A stretch of 64,000 bases of DNA, from the NCBI GenBank assembly GCA_965215195.1, contig CBDCDC010000002.1:3648001-3712000 (forward strand), in the 5' to 3' direction. This document shows positions 26,088 through 35,733 of the stretch, in pieces. The number at the start of each line of letters is the position of its first letter. The first letter of the stretch is position 1. Below the pieces are notes generated by a model. The model searched no databases. It saw only the letters and a program-made list of their open reading frames with translations, and was not told the origin of the DNA. Origin of the DNA: Candidatus Latescibacterota bacterium (GTDB taxonomy: Bacteria; Latescibacterota; UBA2968; UBA8231). The position numbers were made by a program, and so were the translations under genes.

Positions 26088-26279
26088 AGCAACCTTTCGC
26101 AAAGAATCAATACGGTCTGAAAAATCTATTCATCTAGGTGTCATAATAATATCTACTTCTCTAGGCTTCTCCGAGATATCGCCATACAAGGCGGTCTGAG
26201 TCTGTTTTTCGATAGGACGCGGTTCTTCGCGCAGAGGGCGGCGACGTGACAGCTTCTTAGTCTTTAAGGATGAAAGTAT

Positions 26280-26314
26280 CCCATGCAGGAGAGATAGCAC
26301 CTCTCTCGCATGGG
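26280..26314 (-). terminator. Stem-loop 3' of the CBM9-like gene
   Basis: CCCATGC..GAGAG-loop-CTCTC..GCATGGG. Confidence 0.55.
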
Positions 26315-26330
26315 CTAAAAAGCTGAGGAC

Positions 26331-27227
26331 CTACTCGCCAAAACTCGCCTTGATCCGCGCCCAAGACAGATCGGCAACCGCAGTGGCGTCGTTAGCACCG
26401 ACTAGCCGGGCATCGACGAAGCGGTCGGCAAAGCGGAAGGTCGCCGCTTGACCGGAGAGCGTGTGGTAGCCGCGGTACTCTTGGGGGGCGGTGTCAAAGT
26501 CCGGCATGGCGATCTGTAAGCCGATGATGTTGCCGGCCTCCAAGTCCGTGGCCACGCTGCCCGCTTGGTCGCTGAAGACGATATCGTCATAGGGCGTGAC
26601 GTAGATTTCGAGAATCGACGTGGTTGGCCCGCCGCCGACCGACCCGCCGCCGCCATCGCTCAGCGGTGTTGAGTTGAGCCACTCGGCGCGGCCCGGATAG
26701 CCCAGAATGCGCCCGTCGGGCGCGTCGAAGATAGCGTTCCACTTCTGGGCTTGGCGGTTCTGGTTGAGTGCCTTCTCCGCGTCGGTCATGGTCTCGTCGT
26801 TATTGAAATTGTACTGACCTCCAGAGTGATCGCCGTCCACCATGAACTCGACCGAGTCGTATTGCCACACCGAGGCGGGTGCGCCGCCGCTGTACTCATT
26901 GATATAGACGTCGTCGATGCGCTCGGCCGCTAAATAGAGCCGATTGTTGGTCTCGTTCCAGCCCAGCCAGAGCCGGTAATCCATATCGGCTGGGTTGTAC
27001 TGGGCACCGTCGCCAACGGTCGGGTCGGCGAAAAAGTCCTCAGGCGTGAGCGAAGCGTCGCCGACCACGTCCTCCCAGTCGGAGATATCCGCGTCGAAGA
27101 GGTTGATATCCTCCAAATCGGCATCCGGGATCTCGAAGATCAGATAGATCTTGTCGCCGATGTGGGCATGGGCACTGCCGGCCAGCACAAAGGCCAGCAT
27201 GAAGCAAAACGTACTGATGAGTCGCAT
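26331..27227 (-). CDS. Secreted CBM9/DOMON-like (sugar-binding-like) protein with ATAVADLSWARIKASFGE tail
   Basis: AGGAGG RBS, signal peptide ending AHA, WLGWN..NRLY....DD and DSVEFMVDGDHSGG; paralog of 42866-43759. Confidence 0.75.
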   Translation of the reverse strand: MRLISTFCFMLAFVLAGSAHAHIGDKIYLIFEIPDADLEDINLFDADISDWEDVVGDASLTPEDFFADPTVGDGAQYNPADMDYRLWLGWNETNNRLYLAAERIDDVYINEYSGGAPASVWQYDSVEFMVDGDHSGGQYNFNNDETMTDAEKALNQNRQAQKWNAIFDAPDGRILGYPGRAEWLNSTPLSDGGGGSVGGGPTTSILEIYVTPYDDIVFSDQAGSVATDLEAGNIIGLQIAMPDFDTAPQEYRGYHTLSGQAATFRFADRFVDARLVGANDATAVADLSWARIKASFGE

Positions 27228-27289
27228 AAAAGCACCTCCTTTGGGTTTGCTTTTAAGTGTGCGAGTCGCCTGTACATAGGCGCTCTTGG

Positions 27290-28042
27290 TTAGTGTTCCC
27301 CAATCACATCCCCACTCTCTACGCTGGGGCACCAGAACTTTTCGATAAACTCAACTACTAAGCCCGTGCCCTCGTCGTGGCTGACGTAGGGCGGCATGGC
27401 CGGATTGTACATCGCGTCAGTCAAGTCGCGGATCAGCGCCACATCCACCCCCCAACGCACCATCTGCTTGATGGCAAAGGTGCGGTGCAAAACGCACATA
27501 TTGGTGTGGACGCCCATAATTAGCAGATGTGCAATCCCTTGGTGTTGTAAATAGCTATACACCTCCGTCCCCTTATCCGAAATAATATCCCGCTCTTGGT
27601 CGATTCCAATCCCCGGATGCTGCCGATTCCAAGCCTTGAAGGTTTCGGTCTCGCCCGTGTCCGCCCCGTGATCAGAGGCATCCACCGGCAGCGGCGGATC
27701 CGGGTGCTCGGCCTCGGGCGGCGGCGCAACCTCGGGTGCTGCGAACGCACGCTGACGCGCTGGCGCATCGGCGTAAAAATCCATGGTATCCGAAGGCGAG
27801 TGAACGATCAGGCCACCGGCCGCACGCATCGCCCGGACCACCGCGTCCATCCGCTCGACCATAGCGTCGAGACGCTCGACCGCACCGCGGCACCAGTGGC
27901 TGTTCCACACGTCGCACAGCAAGAGCGCGGTTTGGTCCGCCGCCCATTCTTGGGTGCTGATTTGCACCTGCCAGATAGCGTGGCCGCCCTCGTCCTGTGC
28001 AAGGCGCTGAGAACGCAAATTGAGTCGCAAAAAGTTGCTCAT
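27290..28042 (-). CDS. Isochorismatase/cysteine hydrolase family protein
   Basis: TALLLCDVW..HWC, HSPS, MGVHTNMCVL.R.F, RDLTDAMYNP. Confidence 0.85.
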   Translation of the reverse strand: MSNFLRLNLRSQRLAQDEGGHAIWQVQISTQEWAADQTALLLCDVWNSHWCRGAVERLDAMVERMDAVVRAMRAAGGLIVHSPSDTMDFYADAPARQRAFAAPEVAPPPEAEHPDPPLPVDASDHGADTGETETFKAWNRQHPGIGIDQERDIISDKGTEVYSYLQHQGIAHLLIMGVHTNMCVLHRTFAIKQMVRWGVDVALIRDLTDAMYNPAMPPYVSHDEGTGLVVEFIEKFWCPSVESGDVIGEH

Positions 28043-28064
28043 ATTGCCCTCATTTTAAGGAGTT

Positions 28065-28652
28065 CTAACGCTCGATCGTCCAAGGCATAGAATCGGTTTC
28101 AATGGCTCGCCAGACATTGCCCAGCCAAATTGGCCAAAACCACGCCGTATTTTGCCCATCAGGAAGAAGCGTCCCTGCAATGGGGTATCTTTCCTCGTAG
28201 TTGACCGGGCCTTTTAAGTATTTGTCGAGTTCTGAGTACGGAATCCAAGCGTATGGCCCTCTTTCCATGTAGGATTTGTCGTCATTTGGGAGCGGGTTGT
28301 TGGTCACACGTTGCGCTGGAACAAATGGGATTTCCGCGAAGTACAGGGCAAAGCCATTGCGATCTATCACTGGTTGCTGTCCTTGGATCATAGCCAGCAA
28401 ATCATCGCGCAGAAAGTATCCCCGCGTCTCTTCCTCGGTTTCTCGCGCCGCCGTTTCCGCGGTGCTTTCGCCCTCGTGGGAACCTCCTCCGTACGCGGCC
28501 CAACCTCGGTCACTGGCGCGGTGATCGGCGAGCAGCAGAAATACATCGTCGCCAGACTTGAAATAGAGCACCATTCCGGCCGGACGTTCCGCTTGGCATC
28601 CGGCACATAAGCCGACGACAAGTGCGCATACGACAAAAAGTTTGCTGAGCAA
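28065..28652 (-). CDS. NUDIX hydrolase, predicted lipoprotein
   Basis: Nudix box GG.SHEGESTAETAARETEEETRG; lipobox LCAGC. Confidence 0.8.
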   Translation of the reverse strand: MLSKLFVVCALVVGLCAGCQAERPAGMVLYFKSGDDVFLLLADHRASDRGWAAYGGGSHEGESTAETAARETEEETRGYFLRDDLLAMIQGQQPVIDRNGFALYFAEIPFVPAQRVTNNPLPNDDKSYMERGPYAWIPYSELDKYLKGPVNYEERYPIAGTLLPDGQNTAWFWPIWLGNVWRAIETDSMPWTIER

Positions 28653-28816
28653 CGGCTTTCTCCTTTAGCGTTATGAACTAGCTTCCGCGCATACAACGCG
28701 AACTCAAAGCAATTTCAGCTAACGGTACAGAAATTCTTGCTGCTTCCATAAGTGAGTGAACGAAGAGCCTCATTTACCGACTCGTCCGCGGGCAATGCCT
28801 TCCACCTCTTTTCGCC

Positions 28817-29968
28817 TTAAAACGTCCCCTGCACATCCATTACCTGCCCGCCCCCCTCCTTCACCTTGGAGGTGGCCACCCGCTTTTGCAGCTCTTCGCA
28901 GTACAAATCCTCATCCACCGGAATAGGTACCCAATCTTCCGTCCACGTCGAAAGCAACATGGCATTGGCCAACTCCACGCCGTTGATCCCCTCGGTCCCC
29001 GCGGCCAACAGCGGCGACCCAGTGCGGATGGCCTGCACCCAGTTTTGGGTAATGCCCTTGTGCTCTTCGCCGCCGCCGCTTGGTATCTCGCATTTCCAAA
29101 TCTCCGGGCTGCCAAACCCATGCGGCCACTCCACGAGGAATTTGCTCGCCGACTCGGTCGTGCGCCAAAAGGTGATTTTGCCGCCTTCCAACACCACCTT
29201 GCCGCGATCCGCTGAAATCTCCAGCCGATTGGTCCCCGGGGCCTCGCCCGTAGAAGTGATAAAGACGCCCGTGGCGCCGTTCTCGTATTCGACGTAGGCC
29301 GTTACGTCGTCTTCGACCTCAATGTCGTGGTATTGCCCAAAGCGACAAAAGGCCCGCACTCGCTGCGGCATTCCGCAAATCCACTGCCACAGGTCGAGAT
29401 TGTGCGGGCACTGATTGGCCAACACGCCGCCGCCTTCGCCAGCCCAAGTCGCCCGCCAGCCGCCCGAATCGTAGTAGCTCTGGGCGCGAAACCAATTGTT
29501 GATGATGTAAATCGTGCGCCGGATCTGCCCCAATTCGCCGGAGGCGACGAGCGACTTGAGCTTCTGGTGCTCGCCGCGCGCGCGCTGGTTGAACATCACG
29601 CCAAAAACCCGGTCGCTTTTGGCCGCAGCCTCGTTCATCTCGCGGACTTGGCGCGTATAGACCCCAGCCGGCTTCTCGCTCATGGCGTGCAGGCCGTTTT
29701 CCAGCGCGGCGATCACCAGCGGGGGGTGGAAGTAGTGGGGGGTGGCGACGATCACGGCGTCCACGCATTGGGCCGCCAACAGGGCATCGGCTGCGGCGAA
29801 GGCTTGTACGCCCGCGCCGTATTGGTCCTGCACATCCGCGAGCCGAGCCGGATCGATGTCGGCTACGGCCGCGAGTTCCGCACCGGCAATTTGACCTTGG
29901 GAAAGATAGGTGGCGTGGCTGCTGCCCATGCCGCCGAGGCCGATAATGCCAATTCGCACCTTGTCCAT
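28817..29968 (-). CDS. Gfo/Idh/MocA family oxidoreductase
   Basis: IGIIGLGGMG, ATPHY.H, SEKPAG, GGGVL.NQCPHNLD; start MDKVR after a GGAG RBS. Confidence 0.92.
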   Translation of the reverse strand: MDKVRIGIIGLGGMGSSHATYLSQGQIAGAELAAVADIDPARLADVQDQYGAGVQAFAAADALLAAQCVDAVIVATPHYFHPPLVIAALENGLHAMSEKPAGVYTRQVREMNEAAAKSDRVFGVMFNQRARGEHQKLKSLVASGELGQIRRTIYIINNWFRAQSYYDSGGWRATWAGEGGGVLANQCPHNLDLWQWICGMPQRVRAFCRFGQYHDIEVEDDVTAYVEYENGATGVFITSTGEAPGTNRLEISADRGKVVLEGGKITFWRTTESASKFLVEWPHGFGSPEIWKCEIPSGGGEEHKGITQNWVQAIRTGSPLLAAGTEGINGVELANAMLLSTWTEDWVPIPVDEDLYCEELQKRVATSKVKEGGGQVMDVQGTF

Positions 29969-30226
29969 TTCGCGCTCCTTGTCGTTATCTAGCTCTGAGG
30001 AATTTGCAAAAAAAGGAAATGAGTCGCCGGCCGCGCCGACGGAAGATCGCCGCGATTGCCGCAGCAGGTTTGTCCCGTGCGCAGCCTGTTGCGCCGCTGC
30101 TCCGCACGTTGGCCGAGAAAGGATCAGCGATTGTCTCGATGCTGATGAGCACACCTAGGCCGCAATATACCTCGAAATCCGCCGAGCGGTCAAACTCGTC
30201 GGGATCGGACAGGCTGCGGCGGTCGT

Positions 30227-31459
30227 TCAGCGATCATGCGATTCCTCCGCGTGCTGTAGTATCTGTGCGGATCTGAGGTTGTCGGCGAACGTTTGGTTCG
30301 CGGAGTCCAATTCGACTGCGCGCTCAAAGGCCTCCATAGCCCCTATCCTATTCCCCGCGAGCAGCCTGACGGTGCCGATCCCATTGTGGGCGAAGGCGTA
30401 GGTAGAGTCGGCGCGCAACGCAGCTCGATAGGCTCGGGCCGCCTCTTTGGGTCGATTCTGCTGCAGCAGGAGGTTTCCCAAGTTGTTGTGGGCGGCGGCA
30501 AGTTCGGCATCTCGTGAGATAGCCTGTCGATAGAACTGAATCGCTCTGTCCGTCTCACCCCGTCGCGAGTATAGGCGAGCCAGCGCCTGATAGAGAGCCG
30601 GATCGGTGGGATCGTGGCGGATCGCCTCGCGGTACTTGGCGATGTCCGCGTCGATTGCTCTCAGCATCTCGAACCGACGCAACATCTTTCGCCCGCTCTC
30701 CTTGTGATCCAGCCGCATCAGGCAGTTGGCCAGATCGAAGTGCGCCTTCGCGTGGTACGCATTGAGCTGAATGGCTTTCTCGAGCTGCTGGCGGGCACTC
30801 GCGAAGTCCTTGGCGGCGAGCTGTAGCGCACCCAAGTGCGCCCAAGTGTCTGCATGGGTCGAGTCGATCCGCAGCGTTCTCTGCAAAACCGCTTCGGCCG
30901 CGTCCGGTCGCCCCTGCTTCCCCAGCAGGTAGCTTAGCTGGTTGCGCGCCTCCACATCGTCGGGACGGATTCCCACTGCAATCTCCAGCGATTCGATGGC
31001 TCCGTCGTAGTCGCCTCGCCGTTCCCGTAGCTGCGCCAAAGCCTTGTGGGCGGGCTGATAACCGCTGTCGGCCTCGATCGCGCGCGCCATCAGTTCTTCC
31101 GCCTCTTCGTGCCATCCCGCCGCAGAGCGCACGGAGGCCAAGTTGTAATGGGCGGCCGCGTATTCGGGCTCGAGGGATAGCGCCCGTTGGTACGATGCAG
31201 CGGCTTGGTCGAGACGCCCCTGCCGCGCCAGATTGTTGCCGAGATCGTAGTGGATGACTGGATCCCGTGGATCCAGCTGCGCCGCACGGCGCAGCAGCAG
31301 GATCGCTGCGGCGGATTCACCGCGAGCCGAGTGCTCGAACGCACTGTCGAGGAGGGCTCGTGCGGCTTCTCCCTGCCGAACCGCCTGTTTTTCGGGCCTA
31401 GGCCCTTCGCAGGCGCTCAGTAGGAAGAAGACGAGAACGGCAGGCATGACACTCTTCAA
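30227..31459 (-). CDS. TPR-repeat lipoprotein
   Basis: Lipobox LLSAC; many TPRs (HYDLGN, HYNLA, HNNLGN); start TTG 31459 or ATG 31447. Confidence 0.88.
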   Translation of the reverse strand: MKSVMPAVLVFFLLSACEGPRPEKQAVRQGEAARALLDSAFEHSARGESAAAILLLRRAAQLDPRDPVIHYDLGNNLARQGRLDQAAASYQRALSLEPEYAAAHYNLASVRSAAGWHEEAEELMARAIEADSGYQPAHKALAQLRERRGDYDGAIESLEIAVGIRPDDVEARNQLSYLLGKQGRPDAAEAVLQRTLRIDSTHADTWAHLGALQLAAKDFASARQQLEKAIQLNAYHAKAHFDLANCLMRLDHKESGRKMLRRFEMLRAIDADIAKYREAIRHDPTDPALYQALARLYSRRGETDRAIQFYRQAISRDAELAAAHNNLGNLLLQQNRPKEAARAYRAALRADSTYAFAHNGIGTVRLLAGNRIGAMEAFERAVELDSANQTFADNLRSAQILQHAEESHDR

Positions 31460-33045
31460 TTCCGGGCATCCTCTTCGCCATCCCCCCAATCGGTCAGTAC
31501 GGATCCCAGCGCGTCTTCGCGGACCACGATCTCGTCGGCAAAGTCCACGCGGAGTTGGACGAGCAACGAGTCCATCTTCTGATGCTCGGCGCGCAGACGG
31601 AGGATTACTTCAATGTTTCGCTTCACTGCCTCATAGGGTCGCGCCGGCGTCTGACTCTTTTCGGCGATGCGCAAAACGGAATATCCGCCAGGTACTTCGA
31701 GGGGTCCTAAGAGCGCACCCACTTCCGAGTCGAGGGCGCGAGGCGCGAGGGGCCCCAAGAGCGGGTTGTCTCTGGTGACGAGCCACATTGACCCGCCTCT
31801 CTTCTTCGTCACCTCGCGAATGCTGTGTACCCGCGCCAAGGAGTCGATGGGAGCACCCGCTTCTGCTTGGCCTCGAAGCCGTTGCGCCAGCGTGCGGTCC
31901 GCGACGAGCACCTCATCGACGCGAACCGTTGGACGTGGACCATACAACTCAGGATGTTCGGCGTAGTACGCCCGTTTCTCGGCATCCGAGACCTCGACGC
32001 GGCCGACGACGACCCGCCGGAGGCTGTCGATCATCATTTCTTCCCTCAGCGCATTGACCTGATCGCGCACCGCGGGTTCGCGGTCCATGCCACGACGCTT
32101 GGCCTCCTCCACGACCAGTCGCTCCCGGGCCTTCGTGCGCAACCAGCTCTGAGGATCGCCCTCGGCCGCGGCCAAGTCGACGTCGGATGCCAAGAGCTGG
32201 CCGCTCGCCCAAGTGCAGGGCGGGTCGGCCAGTGGCTCACAGACTAGGCCATGCGCCTTCGCCAAGCTGTCGGCGAAGGCCTCGAAGACGCGCGTCCGCT
32301 CGCGTACGCGGAACTCCTCGAGCACAACATCCCAGCGGCTCGCAATGTCGGCGGGGCGGCGGTCGACGAGGCGAAACACGTGAACCCCGTAGCGGGAGAT
32401 CAGCGGTTCCGGGTAGGTTTGACCAAGCTCCAGAGACAGCACTTGCTCCCTGACCTCCGGGAGCACTTGGGATACAGACATGTAGCTAAAGTAGCCCCCC
32501 AAGCCCCCGGTCTCGTGGTGGATTGAACGTTCGACGGCGAGAACATCTAGCGGCTCTCCCGCAGCGAGAGCCTCGAGGACACTCCACGCATCGGCCTCAC
32601 TCGCCAGCATCACGTGCTGGAGCAGCACCTCTTCGGTGAATCCCGCTTCGATGGCGAAGGTCTGGAGGCCCGACGTGTCGAGCCCCGCGTCGCCAGCGAC
32701 CTCGTCGAACAGGGTGCGCCAGAGGAGTTTGCTCTGTTCCTGCTCAAGAGCAGCTGCGATTCTCGGTGCTGCGGCCAGCTTCCTGCGTTGTCCCTCCAGC
32801 ACCAGAAGCTGTCTGTCTATCATCGCATCGAGTAGCTGACGTCTCGCGTCGAGACTGGCGGGATCTTTGCCGCGATGGGAAGAAGCGAGCAGCGTTGGCG
32901 CCATCTTGCTGTATGCCTCAACATCGATCGTATCTCGGCCAATGATGGCGACGACGATGGGCTCTGGATCGTATTGTTCGGTCTGTTCGCAGGCCAGCAG
33001 TCCCGCGGTTAGCAAGATAACGGCGCGCGATAAGACGCTCATCAT
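31456..33045 (-). CDS. Peptidyl-prolyl isomerase / foldase lipoprotein (two parvulin-like domains, SurA/PrsA-like)
   Basis: Lipobox LLAC; LQHVML..E..A, LA.E.S.H..T...GG, SRYGVHVF, then a second LAR.HS......GG domain; ATGA-coupled to the upstream gene. Confidence 0.82.
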   Translation of the reverse strand: MMSVLSRAVILLTAGLLACEQTEQYDPEPIVVAIIGRDTIDVEAYSKMAPTLLASSHRGKDPASLDARRQLLDAMIDRQLLVLEGQRRKLAAAPRIAAALEQEQSKLLWRTLFDEVAGDAGLDTSGLQTFAIEAGFTEEVLLQHVMLASEADAWSVLEALAAGEPLDVLAVERSIHHETGGLGGYFSYMSVSQVLPEVREQVLSLELGQTYPEPLISRYGVHVFRLVDRRPADIASRWDVVLEEFRVRERTRVFEAFADSLAKAHGLVCEPLADPPCTWASGQLLASDVDLAAAEGDPQSWLRTKARERLVVEEAKRRGMDREPAVRDQVNALREEMMIDSLRRVVVGRVEVSDAEKRAYYAEHPELYGPRPTVRVDEVLVADRTLAQRLRGQAEAGAPIDSLARVHSIREVTKKRGGSMWLVTRDNPLLGPLAPRALDSEVGALLGPLEVPGGYSVLRIAEKSQTPARPYEAVKRNIEVILRLRAEHQKMDSLLVQLRVDFADEIVVREDALGSVLTDWGDGEEDARN

Positions 33046-35720
33046 TGACCAGTTCCGAGACCCGCAAACACGTCCACGAAGATCATCGTATTCGTGTCGG
33101 CATGTTCTCCGCGAACGCTGCGTCGCGTCCACCGCATGCCGATGTTCGCGGTCAGCTCGTAGCCCAGATACGCCGCCTGATTGGAAAACTGCGAGGCCAG
33201 CGTTAGGCGACTGAAGTCGTCTTGGTAGTCGACGGCACCACCCTCAGGGCGGCTCTTCAGGTTATTGAAAAGCTCGTACTCGGTGCCAAGACCGAGAGTC
33301 AGCTTCGGAGAGATGCGATAGCTGACGAGGAAGAAGAAGAGTTCCGCAAGATCGCGCGTGTGGCGCTCGCGTGGGTTGGTCGGCGTACGGGAAGAGAACA
33401 CCTGCTTCCACTGAGGCCACAGGAGCACAGTCGGTGTTGCCCAGAATTGACGATCGGCCCGGTTGATCAGGCCCAAGAACCGCTCGTCCTGCGTTCCCTG
33501 CGCCGCATCCCCCTGCTGATTGTAGGCGTCGTACTTGAGCTTCGTCTGCGTCGTGACGAACGGATTCCAGTCAACCTGAAGGTAGAGGGTGTTGATGAAG
33601 GTATCCTGCGCGATCAATGGATCGCTAAAGTCCTGCAGCGCACCGGCAGAGAAGGCCGGCTGCACCCATTGGATGAGATGGTCGGGGATGTCGTCCTTGA
33701 CTTTGCGGACGAACTCCATTAGCTGGATCGACAGACTGCGCTGTGGATACTCCTTCTTCAGCGTCAGCAGACCGTATGTGGAGACCGCCCGGCGGTCGCT
33801 GGAGTGCTGTTCCATCTGCAAGCGCCCCAACATGAGGCGGCTTTTCGGCATCAGTTCGACACCAGCGTAGAAGTTGCATCCTTTGCTGTCCCGCTTGTAC
33901 GGGTAGTCCGGTTCGGTGTCGTTCTCGAAACGGTCGATGATTGTATTGTTGTTCATGTCCGTGCCGAAGAGGAATTCGGGCGAATCGACGTGGTAGCGGA
34001 AGAACGGCTCGCTGTAGTCGGGCTGGTTGTTCTGGTTCTGATTGAAGTCGGAGATAAAGTCTTGGTTCTCGTCGAGGCCCGGAAACACCTCCCGATCGGG
34101 GAATTGATTCTGGTTTGGAAACAGGGCACTCAGATTCGCGCTGCGGCGGATCCAGTCCGGGAAGCGATCTTGGTCGTCGTTATCATCGACGAGTTCGTAG
34201 AGGTAATTCTCCTCGTTCTCGTAATCGATGAAGCCCTGCGAGTCCGGGATGAACATAGACGTCGAGTACCCCGGCTCAACGCTGAAGAGCTCCCCGTAGC
34301 CGAAGAAGGGGTACGCGATCTGCGATGCCGTGGCGTAATAAGCCTCGGACTCGTCGTGAGCGAGGGCTTGGTTGCTGCGAATGGTCTGGTTGGGGAACCG
34401 TCGGTTGCGCCGATTGCTCACGTACTCAGATCGGAGATTGAAGCCCCCCACGTCGCTGATCGCCAAGTTTACCCCTCGCAGCTCGTTGCTCGAAGGGATC
34501 CCGTACTGAAAGCGGATGAATCGCTGGTTGGAGGCATCGGTGACGTTGCCCTGCGCTTGGGCGACGGGCAGGAAGGCGGGTTCCAGCGTCGCGTTGGTCT
34601 GCAGGTTCGAGGCGACTTCTACGAGGTAGTCGTTGGCTACGACCAGCCCCACCTCAATTCGCTCGATCTCGCGGAAATCGGTGATCTCCTCATCGGGACC
34701 CGGCCGAAAATCCGTCTCAATGTTATACGTCAGGGTGACCGTATTGGAGCCACTGGCCTCTAGCAGGCCTTCGCGCGCGACCCCCCCTTCGATGATCGGG
34801 TCGATCTCGGGATGCTCGACGCCGTCGATGAAGATCTGCTCGCGGAGCAGCAGGGCGCCGCCGACGCCATCCTCGGGTGAGTCGTCTGACAGTCGCACGA
34901 TGAGCCGCTGGACATTGCCCGCATTCAGGCGACCGCCGAGGACGCCACGCAGCGAATTTTCGTCGAGGGAGAGGGCCGAGTTCTGGTGAAAGGTCGTCAT
35001 ATACCTTCCACCCAATGTCGCGAAATCGCCGACGGCCACGCTTCCGTTCAGGCCAACGAGTTGCGTGAAGGTCGTTTGTCGCGCCGGTCCTTGGTCGACG
35101 GCCACGGCCACGCGCCCAGGCGAATCGGCCCGCGCCGCTAGGACGCTTACTTGGTATTTATCGGTCTGGAAGTCCCACTGCAAACCGTCGAAAAGGGGCT
35201 TGGAGAAGGTGAGCGGCGTCATCGTAGTGCGAATGCCCTCGCCGATGGTCAGAGCGGTGTGGAACTGCCCCTTGGCCCCGGAGACCACGATGAGGCGATT
35301 GAACCACTGGCTGAAGTTTGGATCTTTCCAGATTCCGCTACCGAAATCCCGCGGATACTCATTCGTGAAGTTGTAGATGTTCCAGCCCTTGGTGAAGTAA
35401 TTGCCGTAGAGGTCGTAGTAGCGGTCGCCTTCGAGCTCGGTTCGCACATAGCGCCGGTACTGGTCCCGAGCATAGTTGGTGTAAGCACTCCCCTGCCAGC
35501 CGTATAGGGAGTAGAGTGCCTGGGGCAGATACCACTTCCGCAACGTTGGAACCAGTGTCTCGGGACTGATTCGGGCCCCTTCCGTGATGTAGGGATTGAA
35601 CAGACCAACTTCGACAGCTCGGCCTGGCGTCACTTGCAACAGCAGGACGGCTATAATGGAGCCGACCCAGTTGCGCTTCACGTCTAGCCCTTCCGTTATC
35701 TTACCGCCACGTATTGTCAT
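33042..35720 (-). CDS. Large exported protein, probable outer-membrane beta-barrel with Ca-binding-like loops
   Basis: Signal peptide (alternative GTG start at 35681); alternating amphipathic strands, ending MIFVDVFAGLGTGQ; D/N-rich motifs DDNDDQDRFPD, DENQDFISD, DMNNNTIID. Confidence 0.6.
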   Translation of the reverse strand: MTIRGGKITEGLDVKRNWVGSIIAVLLLQVTPGRAVEVGLFNPYITEGARISPETLVPTLRKWYLPQALYSLYGWQGSAYTNYARDQYRRYVRTELEGDRYYDLYGNYFTKGWNIYNFTNEYPRDFGSGIWKDPNFSQWFNRLIVVSGAKGQFHTALTIGEGIRTTMTPLTFSKPLFDGLQWDFQTDKYQVSVLAARADSPGRVAVAVDQGPARQTTFTQLVGLNGSVAVGDFATLGGRYMTTFHQNSALSLDENSLRGVLGGRLNAGNVQRLIVRLSDDSPEDGVGGALLLREQIFIDGVEHPEIDPIIEGGVAREGLLEASGSNTVTLTYNIETDFRPGPDEEITDFREIERIEVGLVVANDYLVEVASNLQTNATLEPAFLPVAQAQGNVTDASNQRFIRFQYGIPSSNELRGVNLAISDVGGFNLRSEYVSNRRNRRFPNQTIRSNQALAHDESEAYYATASQIAYPFFGYGELFSVEPGYSTSMFIPDSQGFIDYENEENYLYELVDDNDDQDRFPDWIRRSANLSALFPNQNQFPDREVFPGLDENQDFISDFNQNQNNQPDYSEPFFRYHVDSPEFLFGTDMNNNTIIDRFENDTEPDYPYKRDSKGCNFYAGVELMPKSRLMLGRLQMEQHSSDRRAVSTYGLLTLKKEYPQRSLSIQLMEFVRKVKDDIPDHLIQWVQPAFSAGALQDFSDPLIAQDTFINTLYLQVDWNPFVTTQTKLKYDAYNQQGDAAQGTQDERFLGLINRADRQFWATPTVLLWPQWKQVFSSRTPTNPRERHTRDLAELFFFLVSYRISPKLTLGLGTEYELFNNLKSRPEGGAVDYQDDFSRLTLASQFSNQAAYLGYELTANIGMRWTRRSVRGEHADTNTMIFVDVFAGLGTGQ

Positions 35721-35733
35721 TGGATCAACTTTC

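Noticed and set aside
29969-30226. Possible gene fragment between the TPR gene and the oxidoreductase
   Set aside because: Open frames exist but none has a recognisable motif.
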